Virus record (IMG/VR): IMGVR_UViG_3300042549_005813
Strand: one strand, 5' to 3'
Length of the DNA: 64,000 nucleotides
DNA from: a virus
Both the position numbers and the translations under genes were made by a program. This document shows positions 19,931 through 29,072 of the stretch, in pieces. A model generated the notes under the pieces. That model ran no database searches. It was not told the origin of the DNA and was given only the letters and a program-made list of their open reading frames with translations. Position 1 is the first letter of the stretch. Each line of letters opens with the position of its first letter.

Positions 19931-20387
19931 TGCATATTATGACGAACAGACCAACGAATGGTTGGAAGATACCTGTGATGAACCGGATTGTGAACTCTGT
20001 ATTGGCCGAACACCGACACCTCTAAGAGAAATCTTTGTCTTTGGTTCGAACCTGGCCGGCCGACACGGTGCTGGTGCCGCAAAGTTTGCTGCTGACAACC
20101 ACGGTGCCATCTATGGTGTTGGTGTCGGACTACAAGGCGACTCTTATGGTATTCCAACAAAAGACCAGAATATCGAAACCTTGCCATTAACTTACATTAG
20201 AGTATACGTCAATCAATTCATAGAGTTTGCTAAGTATATGCCTAATCTGGTATTTAATGTTACTGCTATTGGATGTGGCCTTGCTGGTTATACTCCTTCT
20301 CAGATAGCACCGATGTTTTCAAGCGCCTCCGGACTTTCCAACGTCCGCCTTCCGGAAGAATTCCTGAAGGTCCTAGAAAATGACTGA
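19902..20387 (+). CDS. A1S_2505-family phage protein
   Basis: IFVFGSNLAGRHGAGAA...SYGIPT...FNVTAIGCGLAGY; extra N-terminal Cys module. Confidence 0.75.
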   Translation: MNQKYSEQYDAYYDEQTNEWLEDTCDEPDCELCIGRTPTPLREIFVFGSNLAGRHGAGAAKFAADNHGAIYGVGVGLQGDSYGIPTKDQNIETLPLTYIRVYVNQFIEFAKYMPNLVFNVTAIGCGLAGYTPSQIAPMFSSASGLSNVRLPEEFLKVLEND

Positions 20388-20486
20388 CTTACTGGTAATT
20401 CTGATTTTATTCTTCCTTTTCTGGGGAGAACCAGACGTATGGGATAAACTTCACGAACGAGCCATGCAACACATAGAGGAACCACA

Positions 20487-20780
20487 ATGCGTAAAACAAT
20501 CATCACCTTAGCACTCCTGTTCAGCACTACAACATTCGCACAAGAAGTCATTACTCTGTCGAAATCAATAAGATGTTCAAATGCCGAATCCGTAATGCGA
20601 TACTTTACAGAAGAATACAAAGAGATGCCAGTTTGGGTCGGCAAAACAACTAATGGTACGCATGTGACACTATTGGTTAACAAAGAGAAACGAAGCTGGA
20701 CACTCATCGAATACGATAGTAAACTGGCTTGCATATTGGGTGCAGGTGATTCTACTAGCAATCCGGAGATATCACTATGA
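20487..20780 (+). CDS. secreted hypothetical protein
   Basis: Signal peptide; two Cys. Confidence 0.55.
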   Translation: MRKTIITLALLFSTTTFAQEVITLSKSIRCSNAESVMRYFTEEYKEMPVWVGKTTNGTHVTLLVNKEKRSWTLIEYDSKLACILGAGDSTSNPEISL

Positions 20781-20977
20781 GTAAACTACACCTACACCAA
20801 GAAGACCTGATAGCTATCAAAACATTCTGTGATAAGTATCCGGATTCTGACTACGTAACCGTGACCGTTGATTCGTCATCTGGTATCGGTTCAATCGTCA
20901 AAGTGTCGTTGCCAACTGTCATCAACGGCGATATGGTAATAATAGAGAAAACAATCGTAGATGAAAGTAGTTGGTGA
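20777..20977 (+). CDS. hypothetical protein
   Basis: DSSSGIGS motif; RBS GGAG. Confidence 0.55.
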   Translation: MSKLHLHQEDLIAIKTFCDKYPDSDYVTVTVDSSSGIGSIVKVSLPTVINGDMVIIEKTIVDESSW

Positions 20978-20980
20978 AAA

Positions 20981-21316
20981 ATGAACGAACGAATTCGAGA
21001 AATAGCACTTCAAGCAGGTGGCAGTCATTACCCCGAAGTAAACTCAATGCAGCTACAAAAGTTCGCCGAGTTGATTATAGCAGAATGTGCTCAAGCCTGT
21101 ATGAACGAAGGGGCATCATACGAAGAAAAAGCAGCCGGAGCGTATCAAAGCAATTTATATGTCACTGCTATCAAACAACATTTCGGACTTGAAGAACAAT
21201 CCACAGAGCCTAATGTATTACATACTTGCCCCTATGCAGAAGAAATTCACGGAGATTATGAGACATTGTGTGATTGTGATGCGGAGCGGCAATATCAATG
21301 TGCAATGGATGTTTAA
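20981..21316 (+). CDS. MNERI-family hypothetical protein with C-terminal Cys module
   Basis: Paralog of the ORFs at 30421, 30619 and 40714 (MNERI...KFAELI..EC). Confidence 0.6.
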   Translation: MNERIREIALQAGGSHYPEVNSMQLQKFAELIIAECAQACMNEGASYEEKAAGAYQSNLYVTAIKQHFGLEEQSTEPNVLHTCPYAEEIHGDYETLCDCDAERQYQCAMDV

Positions 21317-21331
21317 TTAAGGAGTGAAATA

Positions 21332-21553
21332 ATGAGTGAATCGACTGGCATAACTGGCTTTATTGAAATCTTTGAGGGTCGATTGACTAAGATGAAACTA
21401 CACCTTAAAGAAGAATTGAACAAAGCTAAACACGAGCGTGACCGTAAAGCCATAAAGCGTATTACTGCCGATGCACGTAAACTAAACAAGACACTGAAAG
21501 AGATGCGTAATGTGTCAACTAAAAATTGTCCTCACTGTGGAGAGAAACTATGA
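21332..21553 (+). CDS. hypothetical coiled-coil protein, C-terminal CPHC
   Basis: RBS AAGGAG. Confidence 0.55.
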   Translation: MSESTGITGFIEIFEGRLTKMKLHLKEELNKAKHERDRKAIKRITADARKLNKTLKEMRNVSTKNCPHCGEKL

Positions 21554-21726
21554 AAGCAAGTGGTATTAATGCCGCAATGGCACACAAAATTGAACTACAG
21601 AAACTTGTACACCAAGAAACAATCAAACAACAACAGATTAAAGTAATCAAAGACCGTCAGGAAGAATTGCAGATAATGAAAACACAGTACTTCAGTAAAG
21701 GTAATAACGTTGATGAGATGGTGTAG
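21550..21726 (+). CDS. hypothetical protein
   Basis: ATGA overlap with the upstream stop. Confidence 0.5.
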   Translation: MKASGINAAMAHKIELQKLVHQETIKQQQIKVIKDRQEELQIMKTQYFSKGNNVDEMV

Positions 21727-21739
21727 GAGTTAAAGAGTA

Positions 21740-22018
21740 ATGACACAGAGATATTTTGTTGTTGCAGGTAACTATGACCAATATTGCCAATGGATAAAAG
21801 AGAGAGGCCTTTCACGTAAAGAGTGGGTCCATGTATACGATTGCAATACTATCAGAGGTATCAGAAACCCTACAGGCAGACTCGTTGGTACTTGGTATGA
21901 AAGAGAGGATGCTATGGATATTCTGGTGGCTCTGAGAGTGGCATCAGATAAGGTCAATGAGAACCTTGAGAATGCCTTAGTAATGTGGATACAATTGAAA
22001 ACTGAAAATGAAACATAG
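21740..22018 (+). CDS. hypothetical protein
   Basis: RBS AGGAG. Confidence 0.55.
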   Translation: MTQRYFVVAGNYDQYCQWIKERGLSRKEWVHVYDCNTIRGIRNPTGRLVGTWYEREDAMDILVALRVASDKVNENLENALVMWIQLKTENET

Positions 22019-22193
22019 TGACGTACAGAGAATTATAGAGAACCTTGAGAATGCTTTGAGAGTGCATCCAGATAAAGGCTATGAGATTGGTTCATTAGAA
22101 GAATCACAGAAATTTGCAGAGGAGCGAAAGCTGGACCTGGAAAAATTCCCGGTATCAAGAGGATCCTCCGAGAAAAAATTTCGAAACCCTTAA
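22008..22193 (+). CDS. hypothetical protein
   Basis: Last ORF before the strand switch. Confidence 0.4.
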   Translation: MKHSDVQRIIENLENALRVHPDKGYEIGSLEESQKFAEERKLDLEKFPVSRGSSEKKFRNP

Positions 22194-22319
22194 CGGGGCC
22201 CCAGAAAATAAAAAATGAGAAAAAAGAGTTTGACCAGGTGGCACTTTTTTAGCTAATCACTTACCTACCGCACCCCCATCCCTCACCGCTACTGCTCGGA
22301 CAGCAGCTCCAGCAGAGCC

Positions 22320-22354
22320 AAAAAAAGAGGCAGCACCATTACAGCACTGCCTCT
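22320..22354 (-). terminator. Rho-independent terminator of minus-strand early unit
   Basis: Reverse strand reads AGAGGCAG...CTGCCTCT followed by a U7 run. Confidence 0.7.
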
Positions 22355-22399
22355 AAACCCCACCATCCAGCCTAGCCTCAAGTGGGGAGAGCGAAAACC

Positions 22400-23047
22400 T
22401 TAAGCAGCCACTGCCAACCGAATAACTTTTGCCATTTTGCGGCCGTGGGCAATATATGCAACCACTGGGACCTCTTTAGAATAGCAAGCACGGCAACCAG
22501 AGCACTTGCCATTTGTAGTTGGTGCCGTGCAAACCTTAACACCAGCAGGCACCGGCATACCTTCTGGCAATATAGTGCTACCATGTACACCAGCAGTATA
22601 TGTGCCATTTATAGCATCACTGCTAGGGCGCACCATCACATTAGGCAGAGCAGCCATTTTGGTGAGCACCTGCTGATACTTAGCGAATTTGTGCATCCGT
22701 GTGGGCAACCAGTGCTTCACGTGGGGGGTCTTAACCATCACAGCATACATTTTGAGCGCTAACTGTATGGAGTACATATCGCCAGAATCAAACCAGCGGA
22801 AGTAGCTTTGCTTTTTGAGAGCAGCAACCATTGTATCCACCCAAGCATCATCCTGCCATGCTTGCTTATTATCGAAGCGCACTTTTTTGGTGCCAGGGAA
22901 ATTATATGTGCCTTGCGTGGCGTAGCAACCAGCACAAGCGGGAACGAGCTCACCATCCGCACCAATAGAACCTTGGCAGGTTTCGAGAGCCTGAAGGGAC
23001 CAGCTGAGGATATTGTCGAGCTTTGAGGTTTTGGATAATTTGTTCAT
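22400..23047 (-). CDS. GP88-family protein (radical-SAM-like Fe-S protein)
   Basis: KLSKTSK...SWSL, TC...ACAGCYA, FRWFDSGD, HWLPTR, C...KCSGCRACY...H. Confidence 0.8.
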   Translation of the reverse strand: MNKLSKTSKLDNILSWSLQALETCQGSIGADGELVPACAGCYATQGTYNFPGTKKVRFDNKQAWQDDAWVDTMVAALKKQSYFRWFDSGDMYSIQLALKMYAVMVKTPHVKHWLPTRMHKFAKYQQVLTKMAALPNVMVRPSSDAINGTYTAGVHGSTILPEGMPVPAGVKVCTAPTTNGKCSGCRACYSKEVPVVAYIAHGRKMAKVIRLAVAA

Positions 23048-23077
23048 TTCGCTTTGCTTTCTTGATTTGATGGAAGG

Positions 23078-23105
23078 AGTATAACACGGCCACCGAAAAT
23101 GGCAA
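23078..23105 (-). promoter_or_regulatory. early promoter
   Basis: Minus strand TTGCCA-16-TATACT upstream of GP88. Confidence 0.7.
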
Positions 23106-23407
23106 CCTAATACTTTTTAACTCAAGCCACCAGCTGGAGTATTAACTCGGCACCTCTAGTGCAAGCACCAGCACAAGCGCTTGCCACCGACAGCACGGCG
23201 GTGTTATAATATGCGCCGACCAAAGAACCAGTCACAAAAATGAATACATTCATACTAACTCCTAAATTGTTAACTTTTGTTTTCAAATACTGTGCCAGTA
23301 ATTTTCCAACTGGCGGCCTCTGGGATCCGATCCCTTTGCCTTACACTCGAGCGCCGGTGTTGGCACCGGCTTTTGGTGTTGCTGCGTTCCTCGCAGCACC
23401 CGAATGG

Positions 23408-23743
23408 TTACGCTGTTGCTTTGCGAGCCATGATGGCAGCAGCAATAGCATTGTCCTCAGCACCGAACACCACGCCTTTGCTTGGGCGCTTGTTGGCTTT
23501 CACTGCCTTAGCGCCTACAGCACCAACTTGCTTAGCAAGCAGCTTCTCAAGGCGAGCTTGTGCCTTAGCGATAGCGGCTTCACGCTTTTCAGCAGCAGCC
23601 TTCAGTTTAGCGTCAGCAGCAAGACCACGCAAAGCCTTTTTGGTTTCAACCTCGAGCTTAATTGACGCCTTGAGCGCCTTCAGGGTCTCACGCTTTTGAG
23701 TGAGAGTTAAACCTTCAACCGAACCACATGCGAATGTAAACAT
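23408..23743 (-). CDS. Lys/Ala-rich basic hypothetical protein
   Basis: Own promoter and RBS (AAAGGA); histone-like composition. Confidence 0.65.
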   Translation of the reverse strand: MFTFACGSVEGLTLTQKRETLKALKASIKLEVETKKALRGLAADAKLKAAAEKREAAIAKAQARLEKLLAKQVGAVGAKAVKANKRPSKGVVFGAEDNAIAAAIMARKATA

Positions 23744-23776
23744 TTTTTTCCTTTGTTTGTTTGTTTGTAAGAGTCA

Positions 23777-23804
23777 ATTATACCAGATTTGGTGAAAATG
23801 GCAA
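23777..23804 (-). promoter_or_regulatory. early promoter
   Basis: Minus strand TTGCCA-16-TATAAT. Confidence 0.7.
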
Positions 23805-23837
23805 CTGTAAACTTTTTTCTTCCAGTTGCCTGTAGTG

Positions 23838-24095
23838 TTATTCTGTGGTCAATTCATCCAACAGGCGGCCGGCCGCTTCACGCTGGTCCTGTATTTCGCA
23901 AAGGATGAATTTAGCACGGTTCATATATTGGCGGGAATCATTGGTTGCACCCATCGCCAGCAATTCCTGAGCGTCCGACAATATGCTCATGCACACCATT
24001 TCCAGACCAACGTGCTTGGCAGTAAAGCTTTTCATATACTGCTCACGGATCGCTGCTGTTGACATACCGTAGCACTGCTTTTCGAATTCGGTCAT
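23838..24095 (-). CDS. hypothetical protein (85 aa; start at MTEFEKQCYG)
   Basis: The promoter at 24126-24154 places the start at ATG 24095 rather than the longer track ORF. Confidence 0.6.
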   Translation of the reverse strand: MTEFEKQCYGMSTAAIREQYMKSFTAKHVGLEMVCMSILSDAQELLAMGATNDSRQYMNRAKFILCEIQDQREAAGRLLDELTTE

Positions 24096-24125
24096 ATTTT
24101 CTCGCTTTCTTGATTTGATGGACAA

Positions 24126-24231
24126 AGTATAACCGATCCTGCAGGAAATGGCAAGCGTTATCTGGAATACTTGACCGGATTGCTTGAGTACTATTGCGCT
24201 ATATTGCCAACCTGTCTGGTTCCTGTATAAT
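24126..24231. promoter_or_regulatory. divergent early promoter pair
   Basis: Minus TTGCCA-17-TATACT (24154-24126) and plus TTGCCA-16-TATAAT (24204-24231). Confidence 0.7.
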
Positions 24232-24325
24232 AGCACCTATTCGAAAGCAGACTGGGGTGGACGCTGGGGCTGGGCGTTGAAAACGGAAGTACTCTAGCTC
24301 GGCAATGGAGTACTTTTTCAGTATA

Positions 24326-24354
24326 TTGCCAAACTCTCGGTTTTATTGTATAAT
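24326..24354 (+). promoter_or_regulatory. early promoter
   Basis: TTGCCA-17-TATAAT with upstream AGTACT boxes. Confidence 0.75.
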
Positions 24355-24381
24355 ACCCACATATTAACACAGGAGCATTAC

Positions 24382-24573
24382 ATGGGCAAAATGTCAGAAA
24401 TTAGTATTCAATTACAAGAGTTGGAAGAAATGCTGTATACTTTTGGTTTAGGCCATGAAGCATTCATACAGGAGTGTAAACTTTTGTGTGAGTTGGGCTT
24501 TGCTGATGAAGTACAATGTATTATCTATGATTTTGAAACAAAAGTATTCAATGGCGAACTAGAGCGCTTCTGA
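24382..24573 (+). CDS. hypothetical protein
   Basis: ATG after AGGAG. Confidence 0.55.
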   Translation: MGKMSEISIQLQELEEMLYTFGLGHEAFIQECKLLCELGFADEVQCIIYDFETKVFNGELERF

Positions 24574-24806
24574 GAACCTTTGTAGTACCGAGAAACGCTT
24601 TGTAATGCTTTGAGGTGCCATCGCAGACAGAGACTAAGACTTGTTTCTTACAGGTAACTTGCGAAGCCAGGTGCGCTGGTAACACTAAAGCACACAAAAT
24701 TGCACTTTATGACACTTTTGCAGTATTTTATGCGGATTACTAATACTTTCTCAGTACACCTGGATGCAGGTTACAACGGAAGTACTCATTAACTAGTCAG
24801 GTAAAG

Positions 24807-24869
24807 TTATCCACAGCATATCCACAGCATCTGCGACTTATGCACATTTTATACACAGACTTATCCACA
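24807..24869 (+). repeat. cluster of five co-oriented DnaA boxes
   Basis: TTATCCACA 24807, ATATCCACA 24818, TTATGCACA 24838, TTATACACA 24849, TTATCCACA 24861. Confidence 0.8.
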
Positions 24870-24915
24870 GCAACTTTAGTACTCCATGGCCATAATGTAA
24901 GACTTTTCTCTTATA

Positions 24916-24943
24916 TTGCCATTTCATAAAAAACCTGTATAAT
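24916..24943 (+). promoter_or_regulatory. early promoter
   Basis: TTGCCA-16-TATAAT. Confidence 0.7.
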
Positions 24944-24980
24944 GTAACACATGACAACAAACAATGATGAAAGAGCGAAA

Positions 24981-25346
24981 ATGAATACTATTGACTTAGG
25001 TATCTTTGGTGATACAATCTACAATGCAACGGAAAGTATTATTGCTGAAACTGAAAATGTAGAAGAAGGTTTTACTGGTGATATGTTAGATGTAATACAT
25101 TTTTCTGACATACGTGATTCTGCTGAGGAATTACAACTTTTGATTGAACGTTACGAGTCAATCGAAAGTATTAAGAACGAAAGTATTAATCTGTACCAGA
25201 ATGTTAAGTATATCTTAGAACATTGTGAAAATGAAATCTTTAGTACTACTGATACTGAGATAATGAATTCTTTTGATAACATTAGAACTTATGTTGACGT
25301 TATACGTGAATCAGTTAATACTTTATTATCACAGCAGTCGGCTTGA
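24981..25346 (+). CDS. acidic hypothetical protein
   Basis: ORF downstream of the promoter; start could be 24951 or 24981. Confidence 0.55.
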   Translation: MNTIDLGIFGDTIYNATESIIAETENVEEGFTGDMLDVIHFSDIRDSAEELQLLIERYESIESIKNESINLYQNVKYILEHCENEIFSTTDTEIMNSFDNIRTYVDVIRESVNTLLSQQSA

Positions 25347-25363
25347 GAACTATAGTACTCAGG

Positions 25364-25392
25364 TTGCCAGTTGTCGGATTCTATGATAGAAT
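25364..25392 (+). promoter_or_regulatory. early promoter
   Basis: TTGCCA-17-TAGAAT. Confidence 0.6.
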
Positions 25393-25419
25393 GGTATTTT
25401 TAAACGGTTGAGAGAGAAA

Positions 25420-25581
25420 ATGACAAAAAACGAAACTTTAGCACTCATTATTGAGCATATTGTAATGCAAGGGTATTCAGACCCCGATAAATTTGTGACC
25501 TATGCTACTACAATTCTGCCAATGATGAGTACGGAAGAGTTACTAGCCGAGTTGGCGTGTCTTGAAGAAGCAGGAATGTGA
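25420..25581 (+). CDS. small hypothetical protein (53 aa)
   Basis: ATG after a GAGAGA RBS, downstream of a promoter. Confidence 0.45.
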   Translation: MTKNETLALIIEHIVMQGYSDPDKFVTYATTILPMMSTEELLAELACLEEAGM

Positions 25582-25590
25582 GTAAAAAGT

Positions 25591-25845
25591 ATGACATTTG
25601 AAGATAAAGTTAGAACTTTTCATGTACTGTATGAGTTGTATCGCAGTCCAAGTAATACTTCCTTATTCAAAGGCGTGCCTGTTGAAATGCGGGAACGTGT
25701 ACTGAAGTATTACAAAGCTGTTGGTCAAAAAGTAAAACTAAGGTATCGTGGTCCTCGGGTTCATAGAACCTTTCGTTCACAAAATACTCGCCAAAGCAGT
25801 TGTTTGCAGTCGGATGCTACTACTTTTGCAGTATACCCACGATAG
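25591..25845 (+). CDS. hypothetical protein
   Basis: LRYRGPR...ATTFAVY motif. Confidence 0.55.
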   Translation: MTFEDKVRTFHVLYELYRSPSNTSLFKGVPVEMRERVLKYYKAVGQKVKLRYRGPRVHRTFRSQNTRQSSCLQSDATTFAVYPR

Positions 25846-25897
25846 TCAGGTAATACTGTAGTACTCCAGCAAACAAATGGAGTACTATGGTATTAGG

Positions 25898-25926
25898 TTG
25901 CCAAGTCAGGTAAAATCTGGTATAAT
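25898..25926 (+). promoter_or_regulatory. early promoter
   Basis: TTGCCA-17-TATAAT. Confidence 0.75.
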
Positions 25927-25955
25927 TGTGTTTTAAATCAGTGAGGTAAAATAAA

Positions 25956-26219
25956 ATGCGAAACGAAGCGATTATCGAAATGATAGATGAAATGTTGGAT
26001 TGTGACGGTGACGTTATTATCGGTAATTTGACGTTTTCACGTTCCGAGATTGTGAAGCGTCTTGATCCAATTGCATATCGTATGATGGTGAATGAAATCA
26101 TTGATTCACAAATTGAAGATTTGCAATATGACCTCGACCGCATGGATCCAGAATTGGATGCAGATGATATTGCTGAAATTCATGTGCAAATTGTTGAGTT
26201 AGAAGAATCCTATCTTTAA
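25956..26219 (+). CDS. acidic early protein (LDPIAYR motif)
   Basis: RBS GAGG; very acidic. Confidence 0.6.
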   Translation: MRNEAIIEMIDEMLDCDGDVIIGNLTFSRSEIVKRLDPIAYRMMVNEIIDSQIEDLQYDLDRMDPELDADDIAEIHVQIVELEESYL

Positions 26220-26362
26220 TCAGGTAAAATTATGAATGAATATTTTGTTGAACATGAGTCCGGCTGTGACTTAATCGAAGCACCTAATCTGGAAACAGCA
26301 TATGAGGTAGCGAATGAGTTAGGTTTTGTTGTTTATTCAATTAATGAAGCGTGAGGTAAAAA

Positions 26363-26566
26363 ATGGATGAATTGGTTGATAAAGTTATTACACAAATTCA
26401 ATTAGATATTGAATCTGGTGATGTGACAGCATTGGAAGAATTGCTGAAGCGAGTGCCTGCAAAGGTATTAGAATCATATCTGCCTGAAGTGGATATGGAA
26501 TGTGATGAATATGACGGCCAACCTGACGAAGCGCAGGAATGGCACGATTTTGATCCAGATTGTTAA
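26363..26566 (+). CDS. acidic hypothetical protein
   Basis: C-terminal DGQPDEAQEWHDFDPDC motif. Confidence 0.6.
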   Translation: MDELVDKVITQIQLDIESGDVTALEELLKRVPAKVLESYLPEVDMECDEYDGQPDEAQEWHDFDPDC

Positions 26567-26578
26567 TAGGAGATTGTA

Positions 26579-26800
26579 ATGAAGGTAAAATTGCCGTTTG
26601 ATTGTATGGTGCTCGATAAGGAATCTGTCGAGGTAAAGAATCCGTTTTCTGGTGAAGGTGTAATGCTGACGCCTGAAGCGGTTGCAGTATATGACACCAT
26701 AATGGGTTGTGAGATGACAGGCGACTACAAAATGGTTCGCAAAGGACTGGATTGGTTTCGCAAACATTATCCAGCAGAATATATGGTTCTTTTAGATTAA
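26579..26800 (+). CDS. hypothetical protein
   Basis: NPFSGE...GLDWFRKHYPAEYMVLLD, a recurrent phage motif. Confidence 0.6.
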   Translation: MKVKLPFDCMVLDKESVEVKNPFSGEGVMLTPEAVAVYDTIMGCEMTGDYKMVRKGLDWFRKHYPAEYMVLLD

Positions 26801-26810
26801 GGTAAAAGTA

Positions 26811-27017
26811 ATGACTAACTCAGAATTGGTTGCAAAACTAGAACAGGCGCAGGCATTGCTTGCGGATGTATATCATTGGGCGGAAACACCAATGTCCAAT
26901 GGGCTGCAGGTGTCGCCATTAAAGACAAACGCCGAAGTTGCATCACAAATGAGTGTTGCTGATTCATGTATTATTGACGCTTTAGAAGCATTAGAATGGG
27001 ATAGGGATATCGAATGA
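26811..27017 (+). CDS. hypothetical protein
   Basis: RBS AAGG. Confidence 0.5.
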   Translation: MTNSELVAKLEQAQALLADVYHWAETPMSNGLQVSPLKTNAEVASQMSVADSCIIDALEALEWDRDIE

Positions 27018-27230
27018 AAGATTTACATTGGATTTATATGTTGGATGTGTTGTCAGGCGCTAAATTTAGTAATTTTGGTTTGCAGTGTTTGGCAGAATTG
27101 AATATTGGCGAGATTAAATCACGGAAAGAATATCCGTTATTGACCCAGCGCCTGTATACACCAACAAAAATGGAAAAATTCGCAATGCAATAATACTTGA
27201 CCTAGGAGATGGAGTACTTTAGTATTAAGG

Positions 27231-27258
27231 TTGCCATTACCTAGGATTCATGTATAAT
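27231..27258 (+). promoter_or_regulatory. early promoter
   Basis: TTGCCA-16-TATAAT. Confidence 0.7.
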
Positions 27259-27280
27259 GACACATTCAATAGGAGATATT

Positions 27281-27808
27281 ATGGAATTTCAAACTGGTAA
27301 ACCCCCACAAACTGCCATGTATTTGGTCGACCGTGGGATGCAAGGTAAGTATTATCGCTGGTATGATGCAGAAACCGATTCTTGGTCAATGTGTGGGTCT
27401 GATATGACTGAAGCATTGTCATTTGTTGGTCGTCCATCGCCTGTTGGTTTCTTCCCATGGGTAGGTCCTATGACCGGCCCACGATTCAACCCTAGTACAG
27501 GTGTTGCTGATCCTGAAGTTAAGACACCAAAAGTCGCCAAAGCAAAACCTGCATCACGTAAGATGGCACGCCAACGTACAGTGACACCAACCAAACTGGT
27601 TATTTCAAAAGTTGGCAATACCACTGTTGGTTCTATTGTAAAAGGCACCAAAACAACGTATCCTGATGGTACTGTATTCTTCCGTGCGGATCGTCAAAAG
27701 TGGGTTGCTATGATGAATGGCAAACAAGAAGCAGCACGACCAACACCTGAAGCGTGTTTGTCATTTTTGAAGAAAAAGTATAATGTGGAAGGCATTGTGT
27801 TAAAATGA
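27281..27808 (+). CDS. hypothetical protein
   Basis: ATG after AGGAG. Confidence 0.6.
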   Translation: MEFQTGKPPQTAMYLVDRGMQGKYYRWYDAETDSWSMCGSDMTEALSFVGRPSPVGFFPWVGPMTGPRFNPSTGVADPEVKTPKVAKAKPASRKMARQRTVTPTKLVISKVGNTTVGSIVKGTKTTYPDGTVFFRADRQKWVAMMNGKQEAARPTPEACLSFLKKKYNVEGIVLK

Positions 27809-28266
27809 TTAAGACTAAAAAAATTGCAGGTTGGGAAGATTATTCGGTCAGCACCGATGGTCGTGTGTTTTCAAAAAAACGTGGTGAATTGGTTGAATTG
27901 ACTCAAACCAAAGGCACAACTGGTTATTATAATGTTGGATTTTCTAATGGAAAGGAAAAGAAAACATTTCAAGTCCACCGATTGATTGCAATATCATTTA
28001 TAACCAATCGTAAAAATTTAGAAATTGTTAATCATTTAGATGGCAACAAATTGAATAATGATGTATCAAATTTAGAATGGACAACCCGTGGTGGCAATGG
28101 TGACCACGCCGGCAAGGTTTTAGGACCAAAGCAACGTGCTGAACGTAAAGCCAAAAAAGATAATGAAATGAAATCAAAACTTTCTATTATAGATTTTTCA
28201 CACTCTGCTTGCACTGCCAATCCTGAGTTGTTTCATTCAATTTATAAAACTGTTATGGGAGTTTAA
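27805..28266 (+). CDS. NUMOD4/HNH homing endonuclease
   Basis: YSVSTDGRVFS, VHRLIA..F, VNHLDGNKLNNDVSNLEW. Confidence 0.88.
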   Translation: MIKTKKIAGWEDYSVSTDGRVFSKKRGELVELTQTKGTTGYYNVGFSNGKEKKTFQVHRLIAISFITNRKNLEIVNHLDGNKLNNDVSNLEWTTRGGNGDHAGKVLGPKQRAERKAKKDNEMKSKLSIIDFSHSACTANPELFHSIYKTVMGV

Positions 28267-28267
28267 A

Positions 28268-28660
28268 ATGGGTTTAGATATGTACGCATTCCGTGTAAAA
28301 GCGGAAGATGTGATTGATGATTTTAATGTGCGTGGTCAGGACGCTGGTCGTGAAGATGATTTAGAAGAATTGGCATATTGGCGTAAGCACCACGACCTCC
28401 ATGGTTGGATGGAACGCCTATATCGTTCAAAAGGCGGCGATAAAGAATCGTTTAATTGTGTGCCTGTACGATTGACAATGGAAGACCTGCAATCATTGGC
28501 AATGGATGTGACAAAAGGCCGATTGCCTGAAACAGTTGGTTTCTTCTTTGGTAATAATCCACCTGATCCTGATTCTGTTGCACAGGATATGGAATTCATT
28601 GGCAAGGCAATGGCAGCTATTGCTGTAGGCGATGCCGTTTACTATGATTCATGGTGGTAA
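28268..28660 (+). CDS. conserved phage hypothetical protein
   Basis: MGLDMY...YWRKH..LHGW...FNC...YYDSWW. Confidence 0.7.
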   Translation: MGLDMYAFRVKAEDVIDDFNVRGQDAGREDDLEELAYWRKHHDLHGWMERLYRSKGGDKESFNCVPVRLTMEDLQSLAMDVTKGRLPETVGFFFGNNPPDPDSVAQDMEFIGKAMAAIAVGDAVYYDSWW

Positions 28661-28661
28661 T

Positions 28662-28841
28662 GTGAATATAATAATTGGCATTATAATTGGCATCATGATT
28701 ACCATTTCATGGATTGTATTGTCACCCACTGGGTATTTTGCTAATGGCAAAATTATGGACACAGAATTAATGGAATGTGAAAAAGATTTGCCAAGAAATC
28801 AACGTTGTTATATAATTGCGGTGCCCCCCAGTAAGGATTAA
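28662..28841 (+). CDS. small membrane protein
   Basis: TM helix followed by CEKDLPRNQRC. Confidence 0.5.
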   Translation: MNIIIGIIIGIMITISWIVLSPTGYFANGKIMDTELMECEKDLPRNQRCYIIAVPPSKD

Positions 28842-28850
28842 GGATTAATT

Positions 28851-29072
28851 ATGAAAAAAGTAACTGTTGAATTGGATTGGGATACCGTTGATGGTATCAT
28901 ACAAACGGAATTGCAAAGTACATATGAATCACTAAAACAGGATTTGGTGAATCGTGCTGAAGGTCGTGGTTTTGCAATATTTGATATTGATGAAGCCAAG
29001 GACATTGGTGAAATCACAGACCATTTATATTGTTTGGAACGTGTTATGAAATATTGGGGTGTGACAGTATGA
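28851..29072 (+). CDS. hypothetical protein
   Basis: RBS AAGGA. Confidence 0.55.
   Translation: MKKVTVELDWDTVDGIIQTELQSTYESLKQDLVNRAEGRGFAIFDIDEAKDIGEITDHLYCLERVMKYWGVTV

Noticed and set aside
21959-22056. 17-bp repeat GAGAACCTTGAGAATGC giving ENLENAL in two adjacent ORFs
   Set aside because: Real but only two short copies; most simply a local duplication with no functional signal.
22382-23699. Plus-strand ORFs 22382-22762, 23240-23665 and 23277-23699
   Set aside because: Shadow ORFs of minus-strand genes that have their own promoters, RBSs and recognisable motifs.
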